Part shown: piece by piece, positions 1 through 14,800 of the stretch | How the letters are laid out: every line of letters starts with the position of its first letter | Numbering within the stretch: position 1 is the first letter of the stretch | DNA from: Penicillus capitatus | Taxonomy: Eukaryota > Plantae > Chlorophyta | Direction of reading: 5' to 3' | Length of the DNA: 64,000 nucleotides | Assembly: GCA_965649825.1 (NCBI GenBank) | Contig: OZ287704.1 | Coordinates: 48,001 to 112,000, forward strand | Made by a program: the position numbers and the translations under genes | The notes under the pieces: generated by a model | The model's input: the letters and a program-made list of their open reading frames with translations, nothing else | Told to the model about the DNA's origin: nothing | Databases searched by the model: none

Positions 1-691
1 TGTCGACAGCAGCATCTGTCCTCGACTAGAGACGCCGCCGATGACGGAGATCTGGCAGCGAATGGGAATCGATCCCTTTGGAGCACCCGGTTCCTTGTCT
101 CCATAACAGACCTCTCTATAACAGAGGTATCTATCCGTAGGGACGCTGAGTGTCTGTTCGGCAATAACAAAGGCACTTCAATCGCTGCACGTACGAAAAG
201 GAGGGTTCTCTGGACTGATGTTGCCAGTCTGCGAAGATGCTGGCCTCGTTGCAGCTGCTAAACAGGTCATCTCCTTTTGTGAGGACCCTTGTTGCGGAGA
301 TCCATTGTCTGCTGGCAGAAGTCTTTTGGAATTCGGGATCTGTTGCTCTACTCTACCGTCTGTGCCTGTGGTCTGGATTGTGTTCCTGTTCCGGGTTACG
401 GTGATGATGCTCAAGAGAACGTAACCCTCGAGAGGCGCATGGCATCATATTTAGCAGATCTCTGTTCCCTTGCCACCAGGTTTCTCACACATCTCACACA
501 ATCTGTCCTCTCACTATCGTATTCTGCTAGATTGAAGAAGCCACTCAGTTGTCGATTTCTGCCGGCCCATGGGAGAAAACCAGGCGAGAAGACAACGTTT
601 AATTTTCCGTATCTGCTTGACGGCAGCGTCATGGAACTATAAGACAAGCACTCGAACGCACAGTCTTTTTCAAAAGAGGTTCTCAGTCTGT

Positions 692-3600
692 TTATACATC
701 GGTGGCCTTTTGCGCAGCTATGCGCTTCTCCACTTCTGTGGCAATGAAATGCGCTTTTTGTACAATGGGTTCTGCCAGGCCAGCTAAACGGGCCACTTGC
801 ATACCGTAGCTTCTTGGAGCGACACCCTCCTCCAATTTGTAGAGGAACTTCACATCGGGGCACGGTTCAGATACACCCTCGACTCGGCACTTCATATGCT
901 GTACCGTGATTTCTGATCGATCTCCAAAACTCCGTGCCAGTGAGTGGTAATGTGTGGCGAACAGACCGAGACAGCGCACGTGGGAGGATAGATGCTCCAG
1001 AACAGCGTGGGCGATAGCTTCGCCGTCTGTCGTTGCTGTCCCCCTTCCCAACTCATCCAGAGCCACCAACGAATGCTTTGTCGCCTTTCTCAGCATCGTT
1101 GCCGTTTCGGAAAGCTCTACAAAAAACGTCGACTGCCCACAGATGAGTCGATCCTTGGCGCCCATGCGAACGAAAATGGCATCGACGGGTGTCAATTCCA
1201 AAGAAGCCGCGGGCACACACGCTCCGATCTCCACACCATCCACAGAATGAGATCAGGCGTAGCGTAAACAGAGGCGCACTTGTGCCAGAAGCGTTGCCAG
1301 GCAGACCTGTCTGAGCAAAGTGCTCTTTCCTCCCATGTTTGCCCCCGTCAGCACCATAAAATTCGCACGGCCATCACCCAGATGGATATCGTTGGGGACA
1401 AACCCCCCACGGACGCAGAGATTGGGATGCCGAAGTTCAGTCGCCTTGAACACAGGCGATGCGCTTTCGGACCGCTCCACCAGTCTCGGACGACAAGATG
1501 GCTTCGGCAGACTGACAGCAGCAATGGAGAGGGACATCAATACATCCAACTGAGCAATGGCCTTCACAGCCGCCATCCACGATTCATGATGTTCAACGAA
1601 TCTGCCAAGCAGTTTCTGTAACACATGGCTCGATTCCTTCTCGCAGCGATCTTCTGCATCTTGGATGGTCTGAACGTGCGTCTTCAGCTGCGGAGAGGCA
1701 TAGCGTTTGAAGCCTTTACGTTGTGAGACGAGTTCGAAGTCGATCGGAATCTGCATTGCCAGTCGATCGGCGACTTCGATAACGAACTTGCCTTTCTTAA
1801 CAGGCAGGTAGTTCACTTCAGCCTTGTGTGCTCCGAGCTGTCTCTGTAGCTCCGCTAAATAAACCTGCAGCTTCTCCGTAGCTTCTTTCATCTGATCTTT
1901 GGCAGCGTCGTATTCGCGAACCAGGCCCTAGAAGAGAGAGCATGACAACTGAGACAACTGCCAATAGCTGTACAGGGGATGGAAGAATGCGTCCCGATTC
2001 TTGCGCTTCTTTCCAGTCGGCTGATGCCATCAAGTCATTCAGCTGTTGCTGTATGTCAGGAAATCCCTCTCCAGGTGTCAAGATTCGATGTAGGAGTGGA
2101 CTGATGAGACGAGGTTTCACATGATGGAAGGCAGAGATCGTCCCTTGAACCGTCTGCAGTCCCATCAGTGCCTTAACCAACGCCTGCACTTTCTTCACGG
2201 CCATGTCTTCGTAGAGAACCACGTGCTGCGCTTCCCTTCCTTCAAAGAAGCCTGTCTGACAGGTACTGTGCAGTCGGACGAGGAGACGCTCCAGATCGCC
2301 CAGAGATGCCAAGGAACGCCGGACGCTGCCGACAACGACAGCTGCCGTTGTTAAGAGATCTTGAATAGCGTCTTGGCGTTCTTGGATGGCGGCAATGGAT
2401 ACCAGAGGCTGGCCGAGCCATTTCTTGAGCAGTCTCTTACCAAAAGACGTCACACAATGATCCAGTGATGCCAATAGAGAATTGCCCGTTCGGCCATTGC
2501 TGTCGAGGAAGACTTCGAGGTTCTCAAGAGCGGAGCTGTCGAGCAGGACACGGTCTAGCATCTCATCCTGTAACATCCATCCATCCACTGGCCCATCGAC
2601 GGCACTGTGCCTCGTTTGATGACAGGAGGCATCGAAAGAGACGAGTTCGTAAGACGACATCGGGAAAATGGCAGCATCGAGTTTCGCACGGATCAAAAAC
2701 TGAATGACGGCACCCAGGGACATCAGGAGCTCCACATAGTCCGAATCCCGATCCAGGATTCTCTGCAGGACGGGAGGCACTGGTGGTCCGTCCTCATCAA
2801 AGTACTGGAGGATGGATGCGGCAGAGATATGGGGATCTGTAAAGCCTGCGTCCCCGACAGGCAATGCATTTCTTCTGGCCATCGGGACACAGTGCTCCAG
2901 CAGTTTTGGAAGCTTCTGTGCCGTCTCCTCCTCCGACTTCGGCACCAAGAACTCGACAGGCTCCAACACTAAGCACCATCACCACGCACCTCGTCTTAGC
3001 ATCTCAGTAACATCCACGACAAACGTGAGATCTGTGTTCTCGTTTGTGACATGAGCGCATCGTCCGTCAACTGGCCGAGGATGATTTGACTTGTGGCAAC
3101 ATCGACAGCACAGTAGCCCACGACGTGGCCTCCCTCGTGCTCCGCTCGTGCATAGACTGACATCAAATACTGTGCCTCTCCGTGCCCTGCCATCATCTCA
3201 GCATCTCGTACGGTGCCCTTCGTTACCACCGCCACTTTCTCGCGGTTTACGACTTTGGCCGTTGTCTCTCCGCGTTTCTTCAATGTCTCGTTGCGTTGCC
3301 TCAACTGTTCGGGTGTTTCTGTCTGCTCGATGACGGTGACTTTGTGACCCTTATCTACCAGGGCAGCTGTCATATCGGTATAAGCGGATTCGGGGAAGCC
3401 GCAATGCGGCTGCTCTCCCTTCATGTACTTTAATCCCAGTACCTCCACGGCAACGTGGGCATCCATCTCATACAACTGCACAAACATACCCCGATCCCAT
3501 TTGTCCACAGCTGTATCCACGCACCTCATAGAATTTTCCGACTTTGAAAAGCAGCAGGGAGTCGAAGTGTGTTGCTTTGAATGTCCACCACTGACGTTGT

Positions 3601-4251
3601 CCGGCCGAAATCTTGCAGTCGTCAAACCAGGAGTGCGGGATGTAAAGCGTCGTGGGATCATAATCCAGTTCGTCTGGTCGACGTCCCTTCGCATCGCGTA
3701 TCGTCTCGGGTTGGAGGAATGGAAGCGTCCGCGTCTCTGTATCCAACAACATTGCCTCCTTCCTCACTTCTTCGACCCATAGCCCTTACGTGTCACATCT
3801 GTAGCCTCCGCCGTTGGCAGCGATTCGAGAGCGTCGTGCAGTTCCGGCGTCCAATCCCGAAGCTTCGCTTGACAGAGCGCGCGGGAGGTATGTTCGTTCG
3901 CATGGCTCTGGATCTCTTGTTCTTCAGCGGGTCTGCGTCGTTTGATATCGAAGGTGGATGTCGTCGGCGAACGACTCGAAGGCGGTGCAGCGCGTTTGCG
4001 ACGGGCAATGGGCTCATCGTCGCTCTCGTGATCTTCGACGTCCATCCAATCTTCACGCGTTACGGCGGGTGACATCGAACCACCCTCCTGGCATTCTGAT
4101 AGGCACCGATCGTCAGTCACCCATCGTGGACGACACGTGGCGCACTTGATGCAGTTCTTGAGAAATGGCGAAGGTCTGGGGAATCGCTCATGCCCCGTGG
4201 ACTGGCAGAGAAGTAGAATCCAAGCGTGCGTTGTTTCGGCGGCGTCGACAT
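692..4251 (-). CDS. MSH6: DNA mismatch repair protein MutS homolog 6 (multi-exon)
   Basis: ORFs 3468-3767 (RDAKGRRP..YDPTTLYIP, FKVGKFYE), 2996-3694 (HCGFPE), 1253-1891 (clamp region, TGANMGGKSTLLRQ) and 692-1243 (DELGRGTAT, SYGMQVARLAG). Predicted ATG at 4251 gives MSTPPKQRTLGFYF, a PIP box. Presence of the clamp domain favours MSH6 over MSH7. Confidence 0.93.
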
Positions 4252-4318
4252 GCAGATGTTGGTGATGCGACGTTTCGTCGTGACCGTTTTAAAGGCATCG
4301 TGATGTGACGTTACTGTA

Positions 4319-5390
4319 CTAGAAGAGATACTGCTGAATGGGATAGCCCGTTTTCATCGCGTAGAAGAAGACGACTTGACGGAGGAACAGCGCCGCGAGG
4401 ACCAACGCGACAAGCAACGTCAATCGTCGCGCCGACGGATTCGCCATGCGCTCTGGGCCATAGGTGATGGCCAAAATCGAGCCCGAAAAGAGAACATAGA
4501 GTGTGCCCATGATAAACCCCTCGGCACCGAGCTGTTGACCATTTCCTCGATAAAAGATCTGAATCTTGCCGTCCTTAGGCATGGCAAACGGAACCCCACG
4601 AATGATATTGAACATGCCACCCGACGTTGAGAACCAGCAGACGATGACGGCGGCGACCATCCAGATCCAGCGACTTCTCAAAATCGCCGACTGATACAGA
4701 CGCGATGCCGTCCAGATCGACGAGGCGAGGAAGACAAACATGAAGAGCGCCGAGAGACGCGAGGAGAGGAAATCGCTGCGGGGAATGTCGTCGACGGCGA
4801 CGCCGGTTCGCATCTTGACGAACTCGGCAAAGGCCTCTGCTTTCCATGGATAGTCAGGGTAACGCTGGAACGACATTCTCTCTTCGGGCGGAATCTCGAT
4901 CGTGCCGGTCGTGGTGACCGTGGCGTGCGGGGCGAGGCGAAATGCGAAAGGTAGGGCATCGACATTGAGGCGTCGAAAGACGTCCCGTGTCGAATCCAGC
5001 TCAACGGTAACGAAGAAGACCTTGCCGGCACGTTCACTGCTATGGCCGTATTTCTGTTTGTATGCTTGCGAAGCGAGGCCGAATTCTTTGCGGAGAGCGC
5101 GTAGACCGAGCTTCGGTCTGTCCATCAGCTTCTCGGCGAGCAGCAGGAAGACGAGGGAATAGGGACGTGATTTTGCCACGGTGAAACGGTCGAAGTCTTC
5201 TTGGCTGAAATGGATAACGCCATCAGAGGAACGTTGCTGCGCGTCAAAGAGCTCCTGTGGAGACAGGGCGTCGGAACGGAGAAGAAAAGGACAGCTGCGG
5301 TACCGTCTGAAGATTTGAAAGAGACGAACTGTGGCAAAGCAAAGACGCAAAGCACAGCGTCGTAAACAGAATTCCGCTGCGTGAAGCCAT
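4319..5390 (-). CDS. OST3: Oligosaccharyltransferase subunit OST3/OST6 (MAGT1/TUSC3 family)
   Basis: Signal peptide MASRSGILFTTLCFASLLCHS; 49-nt intron 5255-5303; thioredoxin-like lumenal domain; TM region with WFSTSGGMFNIIRGVPF and QLGAEGFIMG. Confidence 0.9.
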
Positions 5391-6196
5391 CTTCGACGCA
5401 ACGCCGTCGACACCTTCGAATGCACGAGATAGCGAAGAAATGATCATCATCCAGACAATGTGATCAGCACGCATGGAGTCTGGAAGCGTGCAACTGGGCA
5501 GGGAACAGCTAAGAGACAGCAATGCGTTTTTCAGGTTCTACACTGTCCATGGCGATGATATGGTGCGTGAATACCAGGATGATATCATGTAAAGCCGGTT
5601 CACGATTGTTGTATGCCGTGGTGTCCCTTTGGCTTATGCCCTGTTCTGACAAGTGACGACACATGGCATTCAGTTTCATGGCAGTGCTATTCCTTTTGCC
5701 TCTGTGCCCGATTTCAGTAAGCGAGTAAGAGGCACGCGTATTCGAGTCATGTAATACGTTGCGTACACGGATGGGGGAGTTCCGTCAGTACCGTGCATTC
5801 GGTGTCTTTTTTAGCCACCCTCCGCCGGCTAGTCCATTCTTTGCCGAGGTCGCGGCTGCTCGTGCTAAATTCACAGCGGATTCCTTTTAATCCAACCGAC
5901 ACACACGTCAGCCTCTAATCTCGAAGCGGTTAAGCCTTCGCTTTTCCACGGCGCTTTCGAAAAACGCATTCATGTGGTGGCATAGATACCTGCGCTCGTC
6001 AAAAGCACAGACCCCCATAAAGAATTCCGTTCTTGAGGGATTCTAGACGCGTCAAGAGTGCCCCTTGGCCAGAGGTAAATTCTTTAAATCTGCCACGCAA
6101 CCGTCAGGAGGAATCTACCATACTTATGGCTCTTTGCTGATGGACTGCCCATTGTCGTTTGTCCATGCGCGCTGCACGTCTTGTACTATTCTTCCA

Positions 6197-9100
6197 ATGT
6201 CGAGGCACCCTGTCCGCCATAAACTCCTGCCGTTCTTCTTGTTGACGCTCTTCTGCCGCTTCCACTGTACGTTCTGCCGGCAACCTTAACGATTTATGGT
6301 TCCCTCCAGGCGACGGCGACGACGCATCTTCGCAACGCACGACGACGGTCGTTCGCAATCGAGAAGAACTGCGAGCCGCTCTACAGAACCGCATTCCACA
6401 TCAAAGGCTCATCCTAGAAGCAGAGGAATTTCATTTGACAAAGGCGACGGTTATCGATGTTCCAGGCATTACAGTGGAAGGACGACATGGATCGCAAACG
6501 TCGATTCGTTGCGCAGAGACCCAAAGCGCATTCATCGTTAAGTAAGATCACCTCATTGCTGCATCGTATGGTCGGTCTCACCAGCGACATCTGTACAGAA
6601 GAAACGAAACGCGATTCATCTCTCTGACCTTCCATCGATGCCAAAATCGATCCGCTGTGACGATTCAACCGGAAAAGGGCAAAAGAGAAGAGACAATGGA
6701 CGTCTCCTTTGATCGTGTCCACTTTCTGGAGAACGGAAAGGAAAGAGATCACATCCTAGGCGCCGCCATTCGAGTGGATGGATGCCAAACGACGGCGTGC
6801 GCCAAACCACATCTCCTCTTACAGGAATGCGTCTTCGCCAACAACACCGCACTTCGAGGAGGAGCCATCTACGCTGAGGATACAGATCTAGAGATCCGCA
6901 ACGCAACGTTCCGAGGGAATGCGGCACATCTGACTGGCGGCGCTCTCTATGTTCACAACCGACGCGATGCTATTGTCAATATCAGTGATTCACTCTTCGA
7001 GAATAACGTAGCGCGTGCAGATCCACGTCTGCATCGTCTATCAGAGGAGGAGCTCCTGGTCACGAAGAACGAGACGTTGAAGACATCGGGCATGGGAGGC
7101 GCCATCTTCGTGCATCGTCCTGTTGGCTTTTCGATCCGAGCCTCGAGCTTCGTAAACAATACGGCTTGTAGAGGAGGCGGCGCAGTGGGGGCCTTTCATG
7201 TGATGCTCTCTTCAGAAACCAACACCTCGTTCGCTTTCTCCATCGTCGATTCTGTCATGGAAAGAAACGTGGCGTACTGTGGGTCGCAAGAAGATGCGTT
7301 CAATTTCGATCTGCTCGGCAGTGAAGTGCATTATGGAGGGGCGGTTATGTATGTGTCCCTGGATGGGTCGCCCAATGCGTGGTTACTGGCCAACACCTCT
7401 TTCGTGGGAAACCGTGCCCGTGTCGGTGGGGCGCTCTCCATACGATCGGCGTTTGCCTCGACTGTGGAGCATGATCTTATTTCGTGCACGTTCGATGAAA
7501 ACGTCGCTCTCAGAATCGGAGGATCCGTTATCGTCCACTCAGCACATCTCCGAGTCATGAGCACCATCATCCGGAACAGTCGATCGATTTATGGCGGCGG
7601 CCTCACCATCTGGCAGACCTCATCTGTGGTGTTCTCGCCCAATCCCGTCAATACCTCTGCCTTAAGCTCCATCGAAAGCAACGTGGGGAGCTTCGGAGGC
7701 GGAATCCTGTTGAGCAACGGAGGTAGAATCCTGCCCATTTGCTGCCATTCGCCATTTTGTGTGCAGGCCAGCTGGATCTCTCCTCCGTCGTCATCCGCAA
7801 CAACACGGCTTACCGAGGGGGAGGGGGATTGCGTATCGACAACACACAGCAACGCATCGTCATACGAGGTGTGCTGTTTGAAGACAATCGTTCGTTGCTT
7901 GGAGGAGGTGTCATGATCGATGACGTCATGAGCATCAACTTCACCGCTTTCGATGATCAACCGACGGTTATCCGACAGAACGTCGCAGCAGTGGGGGGAG
8001 GTGTCTATTACGAACCGGGTCGTGTTCCCTATCTCCGTCTAAATGTTGACCACCCCTGAGACACACCATGTCGCTGATCTGTCTGCCGTAGATTGAGGAT
8101 ACTGAATTCATTGAGAACAGTGCTCTGGCTTTAGACACTCCAGAGGTTCAGCATTTGCTGAACGAGAGTCAGCGATATTCCCCGCTGCCGGAAGAATTCA
8201 TTCGAATTCCGCAGCTCTCGGGGCATTTGGAAGCGTTCTCGCTGTTGAGATATCTGGCGCATGTCGAAGAAGGACACGGTGGAGGGATTTGTCTGAATCT
8301 CAAAAATCTCAACCTCTTTTCCATCGCCGAAATTTTCTTTCAGAACCTATTCATGACGCAGAACACTGCCGTCGTCGGCGGTGCGTATCGTGTATTCCGA
8401 GAGTGCTGTGCAGGAGGCAGCTGTTGCGTAGGTGGCATCTCTGCACACATGACAGATCTGTACTGGAATAAAGGCAACAGGTCATCCTGTTTCCCGGCTG
8501 CATTTGGCCTGGACACGTGTCAGAAATTTGTGCTCGTTTATGCGACGATTATAGAAAACAGGGCGGCGTTTGCAGGAGGGGTCTTCTCTACTCTGGCAGA
8601 CGGCATCATCGTTTCGTGCACTCCTGGCGGCGACGTGTACTTCAATGCTCGAGATCTCGTCGCCGAAGATCTGGAAACCGATCCTGTGCGGCCCTACTGC
8701 TCGACGGTTGAGAACAACGGCGTTGTGAATGGGACCGTCCTGCAGGGTGCCAATGCTGGAGGCACAGCTGAGTATCTGGCTGTCGATGGATGGAATGGTC
8801 CACTGAAAACCGTCGCCAGTGGAAAGCATCTGGCCATCCCTTGCAAGAACAATCTCAACGATTCCTGTTCGCAGCAACTGCGCATCATTGTGCGGGACAT
8901 CTTTAATCAGACGATCTCTCGAGGAGTGGATGATGCCAGTCTGGAGATCGTCCTTCAGTCCAGAGACATCGTTGGCGATGTGCGGTACCGAGCGGACCGC
9001 GGTATCGTTGTGATCAACAATACCGTTGCCTGGGGCATCAATGTCAGCAGTACATTACGCATTGTCAGCGAACGAGATCCACGGGTCTCTCTCGAATTGG

Positions 9101-11390
9101 AGCTGTCCACAAGGGCGTGCTATCCTGGAGAGATCAACCAAACAGACCTCTGCCAGATATGCCCGGTCGATCAGTATGGCTTCATTCCATCTCTTGGCAA
9201 GTGTGAAGCGTGTGAAGATCATGCAGAATGTAGTGGAGGAGCTTCCCTTGTGCCAATGGAAGGGTACTGGCACTCGACACCGTTCTCGCCTGTTGTGCGA
9301 AAGTGCATCACGACGGGTGCCTGCAAATACGAAGGCAGGATGGAGAGATTGGATCGGTATTATGCAGATCCGCAGAAACTGGAGCAAGACATTCGGGACT
9401 TGGATGCCTATGTACAGGAACAGGCACCGGTCCCTGAGTTTCTGGGCTATCAGCAGTGCACAGATGGTCATCAAGGCTTGCTCTGTGGGTCTTGTCAACC
9501 TGGGTATGGGCATTCCTATACAGGAACGTGTCACAAGTGTCCGAAGAACGGCACTGTCCTCATCATCCTCGTTTTCTTGTCCAATGCTTGGCTGTTTCTG
9601 CTGATCGGAATCAACTGCGCGTTCACGCTGCTTTCCACGAAGACCCGGGTGGATTTGGTCAAGCATGAGGCCCAGACTGTCGCCAAGGCGAGACCCAGGA
9701 CCGTCGAGCGAGCCGTCGAGCACATCCATCGTTCCCTCACCGTCACTTCCAAACTCTCCGCCGCCGCCACAGGTTCGTCGAGATCTTTGCAAAAACTGGC
9801 AGTTCATGTGCCGCGCTGCACTTAGATCGAACCATTTCACTCCCGTTTATGGATACAGACACACAACTGCTCTTTGCTCAGCAGCTTATCGCGACGGTTC
9901 AACTTTCAGAGACGCTGAAGGTGTGTGATCTCGATCGACGACACTTGGCGTGACGATCACTGGCTGCAGATCTTGATTAACTATCTCCAAGTGACGAGCA
10001 TAGCTGTACGTTTACAGACCGATTGGAATGCTTTCTTCGGCGGCTTCCTTTCAGCACAAGGTATGCACCGAGCTTCTGAGACAGCCGAGACGAAATGAAG
10101 GGCGTTTCTGTCTGCGCAGCCAGTTTTGCAGGAGTATCGAGTTCTGTCATCGTTGCTCCATACGAGTGTAATTTTGATGCCAGTAGCGTCCCGCCCTCCG
10201 TGGCAGCTCTCTGGATGCGGTTGGCAACACCATGGATTCTGTTACTTGCCATGGAGTTGGTTTTTGTGATCAGCTGGTCACTTTGGCGTTTACGCACGCG
10301 TGTCAGCTTTCCCGCTTCCCCTGCAGATCATCTCAACAAAACAAGTCTATTCACCTACGTGATCATCATCTCTATTGTATCGATGTATCTCTCATACATC
10401 AGCGTTGTGAGAGAACTCCTTAGAGCCGTCAACTGTATGAAGATTAAGGAGGAGGTAGGTCATCTCCCAGCAGATCATCCTTACCTAGACTACGCCATCG
10501 AGACAACGGATCAGAAACTGTGGGCGGAAGATACAGATCTGGTATGCTGGAAAGGAAGCCATCTTCCAGTTGGCATCGTTGGCGTCATTGGATTGATCAT
10601 TTCACTCTGCGGTATCATCTCTATCATCGTGTGGCTGCCTCTCCACAAGAAGCACTTGACCAAGACTGAATTTGTTTCCCGCTACTGGTTCATCTATCAA
10701 GCTTATGGTAAAGAATGGTATCGCGTCTCATGGGAGTCCACCATTCTCACGAGAAAGGCACTCATTGCCGGTGTTATCGTCTATTCTGCGCATATGGGTC
10801 CTGGACTCCAGGCTGCCCTCTGTGCCGGAATTCTGAGCCTCTTTCATATGTTACACTCTGTTATCTCTCCCTTCAAGGTATGCAATCAGTACAAGTGCAC
10901 ACCGGAGTATGCTGGCAGCGTTTGGAGAACCCTGTGTCTTCCGAAGCTGGCGCCTCGATGGATCGCCTTCAGCAACTCTGTCCATCTGAATACCTTGGAA
11001 TCCGTTTCTCTGGCATCGACGATCATTGTCTTCTACTGTGCGATTGTGTTGAATGATGCATCTTCAAGCCCCATTGGTCGTGGTCTGATGATCGCTTTCG
11101 CATTTGCAGTGAATTTCGTATTTGTGCTGTACATGCTGTATCGTTTGTATGCTGGGTTGCATGTGCTGGTCGATCTGAAACTGGAGATAGATCATGCAGC
11201 GTTTATGGCTGCCAGTAATAATTCTATGAGCCCTCTGCATCTTCTCGTCAAGATCTTGGTTCTGATTCGAGACAAAATGACTCCTTGTCCTGCCTGTGGC
11301 AGTCAAGACAACGTTACCTTCTCCCCTAGAAACGCCGCCTCTGATGCACGAGAGTGTCCAGAGTCGTCGGAAATTGTCCCGGATCCTTAG
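6197..11390 (+). CDS. Beta-helix (GGA/PMP-like repeat), Cys-rich, multipass membrane protein, paralog 1
   Basis: Signal peptide MSRHPVRHKLLPFFLLTLFC; repeated FxxNxAxxGGA(I/L) motifs; EGYWHSTPFSP; QCxxGHQGLLCGSC; LINYLQVT; WAEDTDLVC; SRYWFIYQAY..WE; several hydrophobic helices. Spliced from ORFs 6657, 7739, 8155 and 10095. Confidence 0.85.
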
Positions 11391-11802
11391 GGTTTTTGAA
11401 ACTATTGCACGAAACTATGACAATTGATGATCAACAGAAAATAACGCAGCGCCATCTGTTGCTGTCTGACGATGCTTTGTGGTTATCTCCTCGATATCTC
11501 TTGTTGCTAGCAGAAGTTTGATTATGACATCTCGTTCGCGCTCAACGTTTCCGGCAACGCGTTGTGCAACAGTGAGAGTATGCTCCAAGTGCTCCTGCAA
11601 AGAGAACAACGGAATTCTCGACGAGTGACAATGATGACGTCATCTTGACGAGCGGTGCTGCTGAGGAGAGGCTAGCAAGTAAACTTTGTAACCACGTGGC
11701 ATCATTTAAGGCGGCCTGTCTCATTGCCAATAGTCCAAATCTACCTGTGCGTTTTGAATTTCTCCCCTTAGCGAACGTGTGTCGGAAAGAGAATAACGAC
11801 CC

Positions 11803-14800
11803 ATGCCGCCGCGGGTTCTGAGCCTATTCGCCTTGGCGTTATGGCTATCGTCTGTTTTTGCGAAAGGCGGTAAGAAAGCATCAAAGAAAAGGCGAACTTA
11901 GGATGTTTGGTCACAGTTAAGGGACAGTCTCGTGTACTGACACAAACGAACGATTCAACCGAAGTGAAGACTGTCTCCACTGAAAGAGAGCTCAATGACG
12001 CATTGAACGCTGGGCGTCGGGAAAGAAGTCTGAGACTGGCCGTCGACGAGATTCGACTCTCGGAGCCATTGGTGGTTGACGTGCTTCGCGTTTCCATATC
12101 GGGAGCGGCAAACGGCACCGTCATTCACTGTCCGCCGACAGACGGTGCGTTCGTTATCAAGCAAGGCCGCCATCTCTGTATTGACGTACGGCTAAGCCAA
12201 AACCTGTCTTTGCAGGAACGGGAGCGTGTGGCTGGCATCCGTGACCATTACCGGCTGTCATTCGCATTCTGCCGTACAGATAGAATCGAAGAGCGAGCCA
12301 ACCGATGGCGTTATTGACGTCGTCTTCAAAACGGTGTACTTCGTAGAGAATGGAAAAGGTGGCGACATCGAAGCTGGAGCGGCAACGCGCGTCGAGTCCT
12401 GTGGAAAGGGCTCTTGTGTGCGACCCGTGGTCGAATTCAGACGGTGTCGTTTCGATCGCAATCGAGCTGCTATCGGCGGAGCTATTTACGCGACGGATTC
12501 CAAGATCCGCATCAACGACTCGATATTCGAAGAGAACGAGGCCAGCCTTTCTGGCGGTGCTTTGTTTTTTAGCAATACCGATGATGCAGAGTTGACCATC
12601 GAAAATTCCACTCTTCATGGGAACCGGGCTTTAGGTCAAGACAAGCCTCGCGAAACGAAGGCGAGAGCACTCCTTCCGTCGACAGAAGACATCCCGGACA
12701 TGTCTGGCATGGGCGGTGCCGTTTTCGCATACGATCCTGCCCGTCTATACGTAAACGCGACCAACTTCACAGATAATAGCGGATGCCAAGGAGGTGGAGC
12801 GATGATCGTTGTTCAAGCGGCGGCTGGAGCAGCAAACAACGGCACGCACAGTTTCAACATCTCGCACGCATTGTTCGAAGGAAATGCTGCGTACTGTGAT
12901 GCTAAAGATGCCTCTCGGCTGAATGATTATTATAACCAGATGTATCATGGCGGAGCCTTGATGCAAGAGTCCTCCGATTCTATGGTCCATGACTGGACAA
13001 TTATCCATTCCGAATTCCGGCAAAACCGTGCAGCGCTTGGCGGCGCTATCAGTTTTCTTTCCCGTTTGAGGTCGGATGTAGAGCAGAGTGTCATTTCTTG
13101 CAGCTTTATTGAGAATGATGGACTGGTCGCCGGCGGCGCGATTCTGCTGGACGCAACTCGCTTAAAGATCGTGCGTACGGAGATCCGAAACAGCAGATCG
13201 GTTTTTGGCGGCGGTCTCGTCGTCAGACGCAATGCTTTCCTGACGATCGTTCAAGATCCAAAATACCCTGCAGCAAATAGCAGCAGCAGCATCATCGAAG
13301 GAAACATTGGCGTATATGGCGGCGGCATGTTTGTAGATTCTGGCGGTGGGTGACTCTCACCTTACTCAAGACTCGACTCATTGTACTTCGTAGGCGTCCA
13401 TTTAGAAGCGCTGACTGTGCGCAACAATATCGGATATCGAATCGGTGGCGGCTGCCGATTCTTGTCCACGGATCGGCCTTCTTTCCTTCGCGGCGTCCGA
13501 ATCGAAGGCAATCAAGCTTTTGCAGGCGGTGGCATTTCTTTGGGCACGATCGACAATGTCACCTTGGTTGGACTGGGAGAGAAATACAGTGTCATTGCAA
13601 ACAACACGGCAACAGTTGGAGGCGGCCTATATTACGAAGCAGGAGAATTCTACATCTCCTTCATTCGAGTAAGGACCCAGGCAAATAGTCTCTTCGCATA
13701 ACAGACCCGTCGCAGATAGAAGAAACGTTGTTCATTGCCAACAGAGCCTTATCGTCGACGAGTTCAGAGATCGTGGCGTTCAATCGCGAGGCGGAGAAGT
13801 ATCACCTGAAGTATTCTAAAGGGGTAAACGTCTCTAATATCAACGAAGAAACAGAACGCTCCTCCGTTATGGAATATATCAAAACAAGAGAATCGGGACA
13901 TGGCGGCGGCATCAGCATCAACGTATTTCGTACTCGGCCATTCATCATCCACGAAATCGCTTTCCAGAACGTCACGGTTGTCGAGAATGCAGCCATCGTT
14001 GGAGGTGACTTCGTTTGGGAATGTATCTTTGGCATCTTCATTGCTCAGGTGGAATATCTGTTCAGACAAAGAAGGTTCACAAGAATGTCGCCAGCAACGT
14101 TTCCTGCTCCAGTGCTTCGCTTGGTTTCGATACGTGTCAGAGGATTGTGTTCCGCAACGTTACCGTCGCACGGAACAAGGCAGAGTATGCAGGTGGACTG
14201 TTTGTATCTTCTCTGGACTACATGACATTCTCGTGTGGTCCCAACGCGACATGGGCAAGCGATACGCACGAGCCATCGAAAGCCATGGTGGATCAACGGC
14301 GACCCTTTTGCACAGAGATCTCAAACAATACCTTGATCAATGCATCCGCTACAGAAGCGGCCGATATTGGCACACGAGTTGCCAAACTGTCTGTCAAGGG
14401 AGAACACCATCAGCTGAAGCCGATGGCCAGCGGCGACACACTTGTCGTTGTGTGCGAAGACATCCAGAATGCAACCTGTAACCGTTCCTTGGAGATCCTT
14501 GTGAAGGACACTTTCGGTCAGCGCATTGAACAGGGACTCGACGATGCCAACCTGGAACTCACACTCTCCTCTGAAGCCATTCTGGGCGACCACCGATACA
14601 AAGCCATCAGAGGGACGGCTGTGATCGACAGTACTCAGGCCTTTGGTGTGAATGTCAATAAGACACTGATGATCGCTGCTGAGGAAAACCGAGACGTCTA
14701 CGTCCAGCTAGACCTCACCACAAGGGCGTGCTATCCAGGAGAAGTCATTCAGTCAAATCACTGCGCCACCTGTGCCGTTGACAAGTATGAATTCGATCCA

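Noticed and set aside
1-640. Short ORFs at the window start
   Set aside because: No recognisable motifs; cannot support a gene call.
6197-11390. Bacterial contamination or autotransporter origin of the Pmp-like genes
   Set aside because: The genes are intron-rich and end in alpha-helical TM segments, not a beta-barrel.
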